62,457 nt of DNA, filler included, from Chiloscyllium plagiosum (GCF_004010195.1; 3 parts of one record of this genome joined end to end with filler, not necessarily neighbours in it); one strand, 5' to 3'. Counted from the whole stretch's first letter, positions 25,460-38,345 are shown. Program-made: numbers and translations. Notes: generated from the sequence alone by a model not told the origin.

Positions 25460-27045
25460 AGGTGTGATTGAGGTTCATAAGGAAGAGGTATTAGAAATCC
25501 TGCAAAGTGTGAAAATAGACAAGTCCCTTGGGCCGGATGGGATTTATCCTAGGATCTTCTGGGAAGCCAGGGAGGAGATTGCCGAGCTTTGGCATTGATC
25601 TTTAAATCGCCATTGTCTACAGGAATAATGCCAGAAGACTGGAGGATAGCAAATGTGGTTCCCCTGATCAAGAAGGGGAGTAGAGACAATCCTGGTAGAC
25701 CAGTGAGCCTTACTTCAGTTGTTGAAAAAGGTTATGAGAGATAGGATTTATAATCATCTGGAAAAGAATAATTTGATTAGGGATAGTCAGCACGGTTTTG
25801 TGAAGGGTAGGTCATGCCTCACAAACCTTATTGAGTTCCTTGAGAAGGTGACCAAACAGGTAGATGAGAGTAAACCGGCTTATGTGCTGTATATGGATTT
25901 CAGCAAGGCATTCGATAAGGTTCGCCACAGTAGGCTATTGTACAAATTGTGGAAAAATGGGATTGTGGAAGATATAGCAGTTTGGATCAGTAATTGGCTT
26001 GCTGAAAGAAGACAGAGGGTGGTGGTTGATGGGAAATGTTCATCCTGGAGTCCAGTTACCAGTGGTGTACAGCAAGGGTCAGTGTTGGGTCCACTGCTGT
26101 TCGTCATTTTTATACACGACCTGGATGAGGGCGTAGAAGGGTGGGTTAGAAAATTTACAGACGACACTAAGGTCGGTGGAGTTGTGGATAGTGACGAAGG
26201 ATGCTGTAGGTTACAGAGAGACATAGATAAGCTGCAGAGCTGGGCTGAGAGGTGGCAAATGGAGTTTAATGCAGACAAGGTGATTCACTTTGGTCGGAGT
26301 AACCGGAATGCAAAGTACTGGACTAATGGTAAGATTCTTGGTAGTGTAGATGAGCAGAGAGATCTCGGTGTCCAGGTACACAGATCCTTGAAAGTTGCCA
26401 CCCACGTTCACAGGGTTGTTAAGAAGGCATACAGTGTTTAAACTTTTATTAATAGAGGGATCGAGTTCCGGAACCATGAGGTTATACTACAGCTGTACAA
26501 AACTCTGGTGCGGCCGCACTTGGAGTATTGTGTACAGTTCTGGTCACTGCATTATAAGAAGGATGTATAAGCTTTGGAAAGGGTGCAAAGGAGATTTACT
26601 AGGATGTTGCCTGATATGGAGGAAAGTCTTACGAGAAAAGGCTAAGGGACTTGAGGCTGTTTTCATTAGAGAGAAGAAGGTTGAGAGGTGACTTAATAGA
26701 GACATATAAGATGACCAGAGGGTTAGATATGGTGGACAGGGAGAGCCTTTTTCCAAGTATGGTGATGGTGAGCACGAGGGGGCACAGCTTTAAATTCAGT
26801 GGTGATATATATAGGACAGATGTCAGAGGTAGTTTCTTTACTCAGAGAGTAGTAAGGGTATGGAATGCTTTGCCTGCAACAGTAGTAGATTTGCCAACTT
26901 GAAGTACATGTAAGTCGTCATTGAACAAGCATATGGACGTACATGGAATAGTGTAGATTAGATGGGCTTCAGATTGGTATGATAGATCAGTGCAACATCG
27001 AGGGCTGAAGGGCCTGTACTGCGCCGTAATGTTCTATGTTCTATT
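25460..27045 (+). mobile_element. CR1-type LINE, 5' truncated, RT domain with frameshifts
   Basis: SQHGFVKGRSCLTNLIEF, DFSKAFD, QGSVLGPLLF and FTDD motifs, with a ttctatg tail. Confidence 0.95.
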
Positions 27046-28689
27046 TTACTTGAAGTCGCCTTTATCAGAGTCTCAAGCACTATGTTCCTATTCTGAATCA
27101 CTACTTGCATTTTCCATATGTCACTGTAGCTTCTTTTGTCAATTTTCTAAAATCTGGGTCTTTATCGTTCCAATAAGGAGAGCATTTGTAGCTTTAATCC
27201 AGATCCCTCATAATTTTGGTTACCTCTATCATAGCTCCTCTTGTCTTTCTCTTCAATAACAGTCTTAATTTCAAGCTTTTTAGATAACTAAAGCTCTTCA
27301 TCCCAAGAACCTGTTTTGTAAATCCTTACTGCACCGAGTGATGTACCTTCAAATCCTCCTTAAAATGTATAAAACTGTGATGTGGGCCCAAGATCTAGGT
27401 CCATAAGGAAGTGCAGTGGTTTTAACACTGATCCCTGGGAAACTCTTCCTTGTGTGGGACTGGGTGGAATGGTTTTCGGAAGGTCAGTGCAGGTCTGATG
27501 GGCCAAATGGCCTCTTTCCACACTGTGGGGATTTTATGATTAAACATGACTTCTCCTAAACAAATCCAGGCTTGATTTCCTTAATTAACTGTCATTGCCC
27601 AATATCTATTAATGTTATCCAGTATTGGTATGTCTAGAGACTGCCCTGGGATGATATTTATCAGACTGTTCTGGTATAGTTACTAGAGTTATCTTTGCAC
27701 GTTTTTTTTTTGAACATTTGCTACTTGCCAGTCCTCTAATTTTAGGAGAAAGTGAGGACTGCAAATGTTGGAGATCAGATCGAAAAGTGTGGTGCTGGCA
27801 AAGCACAGCCGGTCAGTCAGCATCCGAGGAGTAGGAGGGTAGACGTTTCAAGCATTAGCTCTTCATCAATATTACCTTTGATTGACCAGATCCTCCACAA
27901 TTTCAACTCTTATTTCCTTTTATATGCTTGAATGCATCTCATCTGATACTGTGTCTTACCAACTTTATTTACAGATAATCCATCCAATAACACCTCCTTT
28001 TGAATATGAAATCCCACAAGTTTCTGAACAACTTTCTTTTCGATCATGAACCAGGCCTTATCTGCCTACTTGATAAAGACAGATTTGTTACACTACAGGT
28101 TAGGATTATAGCCAACCTCCATACTTCTGGCATCGCATGTTTGGATGTCCATGATTGCAGAATAGAGATCTCTGCAACATGTATCATTTGTTGACTGTCT
28201 CGTTTCATTGTGTGCTTTTCTTTCACATGGCCAGTCAGCGAAGAGCAGAATCTGAGTGATATTTAACTAACTTGGTTTAAATGGTAAGGAATTTTTAATC
28301 AGACACTATGTTGTTTTCACATGAAAAGTAGGATTATGATTGAGATGAATACAGCATGCCACTAAAATGTGGTTTAGCAACATGTGAAGTATGGAATTAA
28401 TGTATGGCCAGTGTCCTGGCTATTGACTTTGCCCACGGGATTCTGTACAAAGATGAATATTATTCATTTGGACCTTCATTTTTATTGAATGGCATGTTTT
28501 TATCTTTTTGATTGGAAATGTGATTTATCACAAGCAGGAATGAAAAACAATTCTAGAGTACATTGAGGCTTTCCATTCTATCGTAACAATGAAAGGCTCC
28601 CATGATTAGATAAATTCATATTGTTTGCTCTTAAAATCATAGAGCTTTGCATTATTATTGACAGAAATAATAGTGTTTTAGCTCAATAA

Positions 28690-28865
28690 GATAAGATTGC
28701 AAAACACACTCCCAATTCCCACATGAGCTATGAAGGACTCTTCTTCTCAACCTCTCCCTTTGCCTGAGACATGGTCACCCTCAGGTTAAACGACCACTAT
28801 TTGTCTCTCTCCAATGAGAGAGAGCAGCTCTACAGTCCTCTGGGGTCACATGACTTTACTTTTTG
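28690..28865 (+). mobile_element. Old SINE fragment, possibly Meta-domain type
   Basis: ctcaacctctccctttgcctgagacatggtcaccctcaggttaaacgaccac resembles the MetaSINE core as recalled. Ends gactttactttt. Confidence 0.45.
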
Positions 28866-29039
28866 CTACTTTAAGAAAAGTAATGGAACAAAAAGTTCTT
28901 CAGTTGCAGTGTCATTTGCTTCTGAATCTGATGATTTGTCATTCCATCTCTCTGCAGTGGTCCTTGCTCCCTAGTTAGTGCGAGTTGAACTTGCCTGCAG
29001 GTTTTAGGAAACTATCGTTGGAACTAATGGCAATCCTCC

Positions 29040-29615
29040 ATTCGGAGAAATTATGGGGAGAAACTACCTCCTGACTCCCCAAAACCTGGCCATCATCTAC
29101 AAGGCACAAGTCAGGAATGTAATGAAGTATTCCCCACTTGCCTGGATGGAGGCAACTCCACAACTCTCAAAAAGCTTGACACCATCCAGGCCAAAGTAGT
29201 TTACTTGATTGGCACCAAAACCTCAATCATCCACCCCCTTCACCACCAACACTCAGTAGCAGCAGTGTGTACAATCTACAAGATCCACTTCAAAAATTCA
29301 TCAAAGATCCTCAGACAGCACCTTCCAAACCCATGACAACTCCCATCTAGAAGAACAAGGCTAGCATGGGAACACCACCATCCTCAAGTTCCTCTTCAAG
29401 CTAATCATCATTCTGACTTAGAAATATATTACCATTCCTTTACTGTCTCTGGATCAAAATTCCAGAATTCCCTCCCAAAGGGCATTTTGAATCTATGTAT
29501 AACATACGGACTGAAGCATTTCAAAACGGCAGCTCACCCCCATCTCTTAAGGGCAACAATGAAAGGCAATAAATGTTGACCAGCCAATGATGCCCATGGG
29601 TCATGAATTAAAAAA
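29040..29615 (+). mobile_element. Non-LTR retrotransposon 3' portion (CR1/L2-group, distinct family)
   Basis: LLTPQNLAIIYKAQVRNVMKYSPLAWM...LKKLDTIQAK, the RT C-terminal region. Its 3' tail is shared with SINEs in this window. Confidence 0.75.
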
Positions 29616-30837
29616 GTGCTGACTGTGAGATTGCCTTAGCAATATTCTGGAAGGTGATTTCCTATTGGTCACCTCTAAATACCATCTATGTGAAGACAAA
29701 TAAACAGAAGGGCTGTCATTTCTGTTGGCTGTTGTCTGTGAAATATTCTATACAGACACTTTGACCAGTTTATTACTTGTAAAATGTATTTACCCAGGTG
29801 CTGTTAATGTGTGAGACAAATAAAGGATCGTGGTTCAAACTTTGTTTTGTTAAAACATTCACAAGTTAAAGAAACAACAAATTAAGCAAAATCTTTCAGG
29901 CTGACTGCCTGAAAACACAAATGCTAACCCACTCTGGTGCACTTGATTGGGGAGCTGAATTAAATTCACTGACCTTCTGGATTGTTCTTTGGCTTTAGCC
30001 AATGGGGTCACAAGGCAAGGAGTCACAGCACCCAGTGAAGTTAAACCTGGTCATCCTGGATGTACCCATCCCCTTTCCAAGTTATGCTTATTCCATGGTT
30101 CCAAAACCAGGGAATGCACAAACATAATGTCTTTCTATATTGCTCTGGCCGAGTGCCTCTTAATGAGTTTCAGGTCATAACAACTCTCCCATTGTTAAGG
30201 TTGAGTATATCTGTTCAATATGCACTATAGGTCTAGGCTGATCACTGTTGGTTCAACCTGTAGTAACCTTGACCTCTTTGCATTCTATCAAGTCTTGCTT
30301 GCAGAAATTGTTTGGCCATTTTAAGTTGATTAAGCTGTTGGCCATATGGCCATATGGTCAAATCCAAGGGCTGGTGACTCTGGAGTTCAGTAGTGCTGCC
30401 ACTGGGAGAGGAGGGCACTACTGAGGAATGTGGGCAACTGCAATGATGAGGTGCCCTCTCTGGCTTGCAGAGCGAAACACAATATTGAGGCCTGACTGCA
30501 TCTTTGGGATGGAGGGAAGCTCCTCCGCTGCTTGTGATTGGCTTGGCTTTAAGATTTTCCTGCTTTAGGTCATTTCACTGGAAAGTAAGGCCTGTGTTTC
30601 TCCAGTACCTCTCCCTCACCTTCTAGCATGCCACAGGGAGGCTAACACCAATGGACCTGGCAGCAAGGAAGGGCAACAAGGAAGGGCAATTAATGTTGGT
30701 GAGACAGTGACATCCATGAATCATAAATGAATTGTGAGATTGGCTTAGCAATCTTCTGGAAGGTGGTTTCCTTTTGGTCGCCTCTAAATACCATCTATTT
30801 GAAGAAGGATGGACAGGTGGGCTGTCATTTCTATTGG
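29549..30837. repeat. Direct repeat pair of ~170-180 bp (29549-29728 and 30669-30837)
   Basis: Both share tgtgagattg.cttagcaat.ttctggaaggtg.tttcct.ttggtc.cctctaaataccatctat.tgaaga...gggctgtcatttct. Confidence 0.85.
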
Positions 30838-31988
30838 GTTTTTTGGCAGCTCAGTGGCAAGAAGCCAAAGAGGTCACAAAAATGGCCTCTAATTCAGGTC
30901 TCAATCACTGTAAGTGTCTGCCAGCTCTGTGTTGTAGTAGCTGACCCTGTCCCCAAACTACCACAGGGGAATGCACATGGGAGAATTATCTGGCCACTGA
31001 TCCCTTATAATTCCCAACATTTCATCTTCCCCTTTCCCCCATCTCTGACTCCACATGGATAGGGAAACCCAGCCTATAGGCGGAAGAATAGGGCCATTGC
31101 GTCTGTTGTGCTAGCTGTTCTGAACACAACATTGAAGAAGGCACTTGAATCCGGGTTCAGGAATTAACCTTCAATGTTCCAACAATACAATGGCTTCCAA
31201 GTTCCATTTGAAATATTGTATTCTTGGGTAAAATGTATTTATCAAAATGAACTGAATATTGGTGACCTGACCATTGCAGTCACATTCAGCACGGTAGCAT
31301 CCCAGGCCCTTGTCTGTTCTAGCCAGAGTTTCTCATTCAGAGAAACCCTTACAGAGTGAACTAAGCATGGCGAAATATTCTGAATTGCCTGTTAATACTT
31401 CAGAATTATTATAATGGTTGCAGAATTATTACAGTGCATGAGGAGGACATGCAGCCTATTGTGTCTGTACAATGCAGTGCCCCCCCCCCCCCCCCCCCTC
31501 CCCGACCCACCCTTAGGATTTATGCTTGTTCTTACTGCACACCATTGTAAATGTCCCCTTCAATTCCATTTACTCACTCTAGAAGATGGTGAAAGAGTTA
31601 AAATAATAGATTTTGCTTCTATCAGTACAGTGAGATCTCCAGGCAACAAAGAAATGTGTTGTATGTTATTAATTTTCTGAAGGCCAGCAAGCAGTAAATA
31701 AAATGAACTTCAGCCTTCGCCACAGGCATTTCTTCTAAATATTTTAGGAAGGCACGAATTTAAATGATGAACAGCATCCTGGTCGTTATTACAGGTCTCT
31801 AATATCCCAGTCACTTTCTGTCAGTCCTTGGGTTGGTGCAAAGTAGTACAGGGAATGATACATATTGGTGGTCTCTTGGAGAGGCATATCATCAAAGGGC
31901 CGATGTCAGCACAAATAACTTGGCTATAAGCATTGGGCAGGAAGAGATAGCTGTGTTTTGTTGCAATTCATCACCCTTCATGAAGTAT

Positions 31989-32727
31989 TCACAAGGTTTG
32001 TGAAGATTTGTAGCTCAGGTTGAGGTTTAGGGTGTAGGTTTGCTCGCTGAGCTGTCGGTTTGATATCCAGACGTTTCATTACCTTGCTAGGTAACATCAT
32101 CAGTGGCGACCTCCAAGTGAAGCGAAGTTGTTGTCTCCTGCTTTCTATTTATATCTTTCTCCTGGATGGGGTTCCTGGGGTTTGTGGGGATGTAATTTCC
32201 GGTTCGTTTTCTGAGGAGTTGATAGATGGCATCTAGATCTGTGTGTTTGTTTATGGCATTGTGGTTGGAGTACCAGGCCTCTTGGAATTCTCTGGCATGT
32301 CTTTGCTTATCCTGTCCCAGGATAGATGTGTTGTCCCAGTCGAAATGGTGTTTTTTTTCATCTGTGTGTAGGGCTATGAGGGAGAGGGGGTCGTGTCTTT
32401 TTGTGGCTAGCTGGTGTTCGTGTATCCTGGTGGCTAACTGTCTTCCTGTTTGTCCTATGTAGTATTTGTAGCAGTCCTTGCATGGAATTTTATAGATGAC
32501 GTTGGTTTTGTCCATGGGTTGTACTGGGTCTTTTAAGTTTGTTAGTTTTGGAACAGGAAATGACATCACCACAAACCTCAGGAACCCCATCCAGGAAAAA
32601 GATATAAATAGAAAGCAGGAGACAACAGCTTCGCTTCACTTGGAGGTCGCCACGGATGATGTTACCTAGCCAGGTAATGAAACGTCTGGATATCAAACCT
32701 ACAGCTCAGCGAGCAAACCTACACCCT
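31989..32727 (-). mobile_element. Penelope-like element with GIY-YIG endonuclease and inverted terminal arm
   Basis: TNVIYKIPCKDCYKYYIGQTGRQLATRIHEH. 32555-32727 is an inverted copy of about 32030-32200. Flanking 17-mer cacccttcatgaagtat at 31972-88 and 32722-38. Confidence 0.93.
32067..32106 (-). ncRNA. Minimal hammerhead ribozyme motif with intact core
   Basis: Minus strand CCA-CTGATGA-T-GTTACC-TAGCAA-GGTAAT-GAAACGTC-TGG. Helix I is CCA/TGG, helix II is a hairpin, and helix III is palindromic ACGT. Confidence 0.8.
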
Positions 32728-33704
32728 TCATGAAGTATCTTTTGCTAGCACAAATTTGGGCTTGTAACCAGTGCATTGTTGCAAACTACCTTTGGCAAAC
32801 ATTTGATCAGGTTTTGCCAAAAATGGTTCTAATGATTAAATTCACCATGAGATCCGACTTAATTAGGATGAATGTGTTATAATATTTTCATCATTGCTAG
32901 TTTTGATGTGGTTGCTTTATAACACCCAAGGGTGCAGATGTGTCTGAAGAGACTATACCTGCACTGTGCACAGCTTTGGACACACATGTGCAGGTTCATA
33001 ACCTTGTGCATGTATGGCTGTTAAAAACAGTGAGGATAGTCAGACATCTGCACGCCTGTTGATAAACATTTTGTGATCTTTTGGAGGTGTTTTATCTGGA
33101 GGCATTCATGAAATAACACTTTTTCTGATGTCTTCATCCCTTTGTTGTGTGGCCAGTGAATTTGAATTTGCTGCTTTCAACAAAACTTGTGAGATGAGCA
33201 TCATACAAAACATATGACGAGTATAATGGGTAGAATGTTTTCAGTGTGTGAACAGCGTTGGTAATGTTGAGAAATTTGGAACAATACAGCAAGAATGAAA
33301 AAATGAGATTCTTGACATCAAGAAAAATAGTTGAATTTATCCCTAATGGCTATTTGAGAACCCTATTCAAATGCATTACCATTGGGTTATTACTTAATCT
33401 CACCTCATTTATATGCTGGTTGTTATTCTCTTCATTGCTGGTGAGACAATCAATGCTGTCAATTCCTGGCCTGAAAATCAGAGCAGTTCACTAGCAGCTG
33501 TTGTTCACCAGCATAGCTTCATAGCTTCTCAGAGCATGCTTCATGGATCACAGCCACCTCACACTTTGTCAAGTATCAGTAAACACCAACTTCACTACGT
33601 CATCATGGCACATCTCACATCCTCTTATAGCACAGTTCACCAATGCACTTTGGAGCTCACTGATATCTTATATTGCAGTGCTGCTGCCAGGCTGCCTTGC
33701 AAAC

Positions 33705-34410
33705 AGGGTCAGTTTAAAAATAAAGGAGCGCCCATTTAAAATAGAATTAAGGAATCTTTTTTCTTTCCCTAATAGTTGAGAGTTTTTGGAATTTCCTTCT
33801 TCAAAAGCATTTGATGCAGAACCTTTAAAATAGTTTTCAAATAGAGGTAGATAATTTGTCATTCCCTTGGTAATCAAAAATCTATCAAGGATATGCAAGA
33901 ATGTAGAGTTGAGGTTAAAATCAGATCAGTAATGATCTCATTGAATGGTGGAGCAGGATCAATGGGCTAAGTGGCCTACTCTTGTACCTCATTCATATTA
34001 CAGTTAATCATCCCTGGAGTGTTGAGGCTGAGGGTTGATTTTTTAGAAGTTTATAAAATCATATGAGGCATGGATTGATGAACAGCTAAGATCTTTTCCC
34101 CAGGGTAAGGGAGTCCAAAACTACAGCACATAGGTTTACAGTGAGAGGGGAAAGATTTAAAAGGGACTTCGGGGCAACTTTTTTAGGCAAGGTTGGTGCG
34201 TGCATGCAATGAGCTGCCAGAGGAAGTGGTGAAAGCTGGTACATTTGTAAAAGGCATCTGGGTGGATATATGAAAAGGAAGGGTTTAGGGAGATATGGGC
34301 CAAATGCTGGCAAATGGGACTAGATTAATTAAGGATATCTGGTCAGCATGGATGAGTCAGATTGAAGGGTCTATTTCCATGCTGTACATCTCTGTGACTT
34401 TCTGACTCTG
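33705..34410 (+). mobile_element. Two decayed CR1 3' ends in tandem (about 33705-33990 and 34010-34410)
   Basis: Tail gatctcattgaatggtggagcagg...ggcctactc, then a gagctgccagaggaagtgg...ccatgctgtacatctct tail. Confidence 0.8.
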
Positions 34411-35644
34411 TCATATACATTAGAATAGAATGCATCTCAGGGCTCTTAGCTTGCTTTCTCAACAGACGCTAACTCTGCACCTACTTTGATGCTTACATAA
34501 TCTCTGCACTGCCTTGCCTTTTAGCACAGCACACTGTTGCTTCACTGAGAACTTAGTCTTTCAGCAATTCAGTCTTTTTTTTGTACTTTAACGCAGACAG
34601 AACATCAGACGTTTGTTAGTGTTGCCATCACTGAATCATGGAGGTGAGAGTGTTGCTTTGTCTTATTTCAGTGTCATACCTACACCATATGCTAGGAAAT
34701 TATACAATGAGCACACTATGTCAAAGAGTAATAGAGTCATGCAGCACAGAAACAGACCCTTTGGTCCAACTCATCCATATCGACCAAGTTTCCCAGTGTC
34801 ATTAATTTGTCAAATACCTTGTCCCTCATGATAGAGAATATTATAAGAACTTTCCACACTTTTGGATAGAGATATGAGCTTCAAGCAATTTTCAAGTCTT
34901 AAAGTCTATTGGGAGTAGTCTTTAAATTGAGTCAAGAAGAACCACAGTCAGTCAGAATATTGTCCAATTTCAGTCCGGGGATTAGCCATGGCCAGTTACA
35001 TATTTGGAGCAGTCTCCTGCACAATAGATAAGGAGATGAGTGTGGGCTGCCCTTCCATGTGCCTTGGCTCTATCAGCCCTGTTTTGAGCCATTTTAATCT
35101 ATGATAAGACAAATGTAGGATTGAGTGAGACAAAAGTGGCTGGAAAAGCTGTTAATGGTAGAGTGCTAGAAAAGGAGAAGGGATAAGATGGTCCCAGTAA
35201 GTATGTAGGAGGCCCAGGTGACAGGAAGGGTTGGTAGTTTAGGAGGGGCATGAGAATGACTGAGGCAAGATGCTGAAGCAACAGTGAGAGTGGTAGAACA
35301 TGAGCCTTTGGTGGGAGGTATGCACGTGAAAGAGTTAGAGTGCATGCAAAATACCAAAGAGAAGATGTGCACTTATCAGCACAAAGCAGAGAAAGGTTAT
35401 TAATTTTCTTATGGCATGGCTGAGTGTTTGCTTAAATATGTTGCTCATGGCATGACCATCAGGAGGTCCTGGCACTCTGCACCTACAGACTGCAAGATTA
35501 GACAAGAAGGGTATTGTGGAGACTCACTGCATCATTAATTCGGCGATTAGCAGAGAAAGGTTACCTGAACTCATGAAGGGAAACCTCCTGTGAAATTCCC
35601 CCAAAGTTAACACTCTGACAAGTGGAGAGGTGTGTGTGTTTGTA

Positions 35645-35910
35645 AATGTCAAGACTAACACCCCAGTGCCGTATGGAGGGAGTGCTACACTGTCAGATGT
35701 GTCATATATCAGATAATATGACAAGCTAAGTAACTTTCAGGAATACATAAAGATTGAATGGTATCATTTCAAGACATTATTGGTAATGGCTTGGTCAATC
35801 CTTAAAGCATCACACAAAACAAACAGGTTGCCTTGTTATTATCACATTGTTGTTTCTGGGAGCTTGGTTTGAATAAATTAGGTACCTGTATCATGCTTCC
35901 TACACCATAA
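35645..35910 (+). mobile_element. Degenerate Deu-domain-type SINE
   Basis: ctaacaccccagtgccgtatggagggagtgctacactgtcaga ... ttattatcacattgttgtttctgggagcttg, resembling the DeuSINE consensus as recalled. Confidence 0.6.
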
Positions 35911-36040
35911 TGCTTAAAAACGGCTAACTATACGGTTAGTACAAAGGTTAGGTTGGTGACTTTTCCTGCCCAGAACATTCTGCAATTTTGACACATTAGT
36001 AATGCAGATAACAAATATTAACAATGAAACAATGCACTTA

Positions 36041-36981
36041 CAGAGGAACCTCAATTATCCGAACAAGATGTACGGGCACTGTTACGTACGTAAAATTGAT
36101 TACTCAGTTAATTGATTCAATGCCTCTCCTCTGGGGCTAGGAGTTTTCTGAAGTTTCCTTTTTCCTCGCTCTGCCTGCCTTGCTCCCTCTCTCTGTCTCA
36201 GGATTTGTTTCGGAGCAGACACAACTTGCCTGTAAGCAACCTGCAGCATTGCTGAAGCCTCTCCCCGCCACTGTTTCACATCAGTGGGATTGACAGAGTG
36301 AGCAGTTGCTTTGTCCGCTCTCCGTTCTGGAGACAAGCAGCTGCAGACCGTGTACGAGCGCCCCCACCACCCAACCCCCGTCTGCCTCCCACAACCCTGT
36401 CCGGCCACCCCCTGACCCCGACCCCCTTCGGCCACCCACCCCACCCTCAGCCCCGTTTGCCGCCAACCCAGTCCAACCCCGCCACCACTCCATTCCCCCC
36501 CATCCGCCCTGTCCCACATTCCACCCCAGCCCCCCCAGTTCCCCAGGGCAGCCTGACTGGACCCCAACAGTAAGACTGCTGCTGCCTTTGGTGGGGTGAG
36601 ACTCCAAATAGCGTATACACACACACACAAACCTTTTACTGCAACATTTTGACAAAGTCCATCTTTGACTAGTACAGCACAATGTTGGAGAGATTATCTG
36701 GGGAAGGGGGAGGGGGGGGTTTAAGAGTACACCCCAGTGTAGAACTCCAGGGAAAGTGTGGGGAGAGAGAGAGTGCGGGAGGTCAGTCATTTGGAGATGG
36801 TGCCTGGGCTCCCATTGATGTCCAGGACTGTTCTCAGCAGCATTTCAGTAAGCCAAGTTCACTTTTAATCACTGTAAACAAAAGACGCGATCAGTGTTGG
36901 AAATGTTTCTGTCCGGACCTCGCGATCTCCTTCGGAAAATCCGATATTCGGATAATTGATCGGATAATCAAAATTCCTCTG
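36041..36981. mobile_element. Non-autonomous Tigger/pogo-like DNA transposon (~940 bp)
   Basis: TA|CAGAGGAACCTCAATTATCCG at the left. The right end reverse-complements to CAGAGGAATTTTGATTATCCG (17/21 match). Interior is C-rich and non-coding. Confidence 0.82.
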
Positions 36982-38345
36982 TGTATGGCATCTTTCAATT
37001 TATAAGATATACCAAAGTACACAGTAAGGAAAACAGGAGAGATTTGTAGGGAGTAGCCAGGAGTTTGGTCAAAGACTTAATATTCAATTTGAAGCTTAAA
37101 GGAAAAATGAAAGAAAGAGAGATGGCTGTGTGATTTAGGGATTGATTTCCAGAATGTTAGTGACTAAGGCACAGCTGTTGGTGCTGGGCAATATCGCAAG
37201 GTCAGAGTCCTGAAGGATTTAGGATGTATTGGGGTGATTGAAGATAGGAAGAAATTACAGAGGCAGAACTGAGGTAATGAAGCATACGGCTGACCTAAAT
37301 ACTGCCAGCAAAGCATATTTAGGGCTGCAGTCCTTCGAATAATGGTTTTAAAACACAAGCAAAGCCTACGTTCAAAGATTTCACAGCTTTCAATGCTTCC
37401 AGATACCTCTCACGTACTTGTGCTGCCTCAGGTATAGTTCCAGGAGTGACAAAACAAATGGGGTGTAATGGAAAGGCTGTGATGCCTTAAATCTTTCATA
37501 CTTTACCATCCTAAAATATTTAAAGAGTGTCCTTACAACAGAGTCTGAATTAATTTGTATTATACAGCAGAAGATAAAATTCAAACCTGTGCAACTACAG
37601 ATACTAATGATTCTTACCATACTTTTTTAACCTGGCCCCACCTCATTTGAGAGAGTGGTCTGAATGTGTTGACCGCCTATGAATGCAAAAATAGATGGTT
37701 TCTTTGTGACTGAAATGTTCCTTAAGGTAAATACATTATGAAAGAGAACCAGTGGTCTAAAGACTGTTATGCACACATTAAAAATTCATCAGGTTTCAGC
37801 AATGCACTTCAGGTATCTTTGCAATGGAGAAGCCTTCTCAATTGTCAGGTTATTACCACCTAATTGCTTTTCTGTATATTATGTTGAGCATTTATATTGA
37901 AATTCAGTTTGTGGAAAATGTTTCATCAGTGAGCAGAATCATAGAGTGCAATTAGATGGTCAGAAAGGTTGGTATCGTAATTTAGTTTCAGAAACAGAAC
38001 ATCCTTTTTAAGAGTGGAGAGAGCCTGTAAATAAACAAATAGGATCTGAAAGGTGAGAACTTTGGTGGTTTTTCAGTGTGGGCTGCTGTGAGATCCAGTA
38101 ATTATGCTGAGTCCAGGCAAAAACAGTAGACAGTTATGGATTATGGCTTCCACTCACTACACCTGATAAACAGCAAAAAAATAGATGGTGCAGTAAAAGA
38201 TCATAAGAACTAGTAGCAGAAATAGGTGATTCAGACATTCAAGCCTGCTCAGCCATTTAATACAATCATGCCTAATCTCACCTCATTCTCAACTCCACTC
38301 CTGCCTGCTCCCCATCACCCATTACTAATTAAACATCTGTCTGTC

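Larger units (their letters stand above)
23775..27894. repeat. Direct repeat pair of ~290 bp (23775-24062 and 27605-27894)
   Basis: Both run tctattaatgttatccagtattggtatgt ... ttgattgaccagatcct, and both contain the same embedded minus-strand PLE terminal fragment. Confidence 0.93.

Noticed and set aside
25719..26441. 240 aa RT ORF as an active or domesticated gene
   Set aside because: Flanking frameshifts, 5' truncation and degenerate motifs mark it as a decayed CR1 copy.
31480..31503. Poly-C run giving a poly-Pro ORF
   Set aside because: Simple homopolymer with no exon context.
36100..37005. Long Gly/Trp- and Pro-rich ORFs
   Set aside because: Stop-poor, GC-skewed interior of a non-autonomous transposon, with no recognisable domain.
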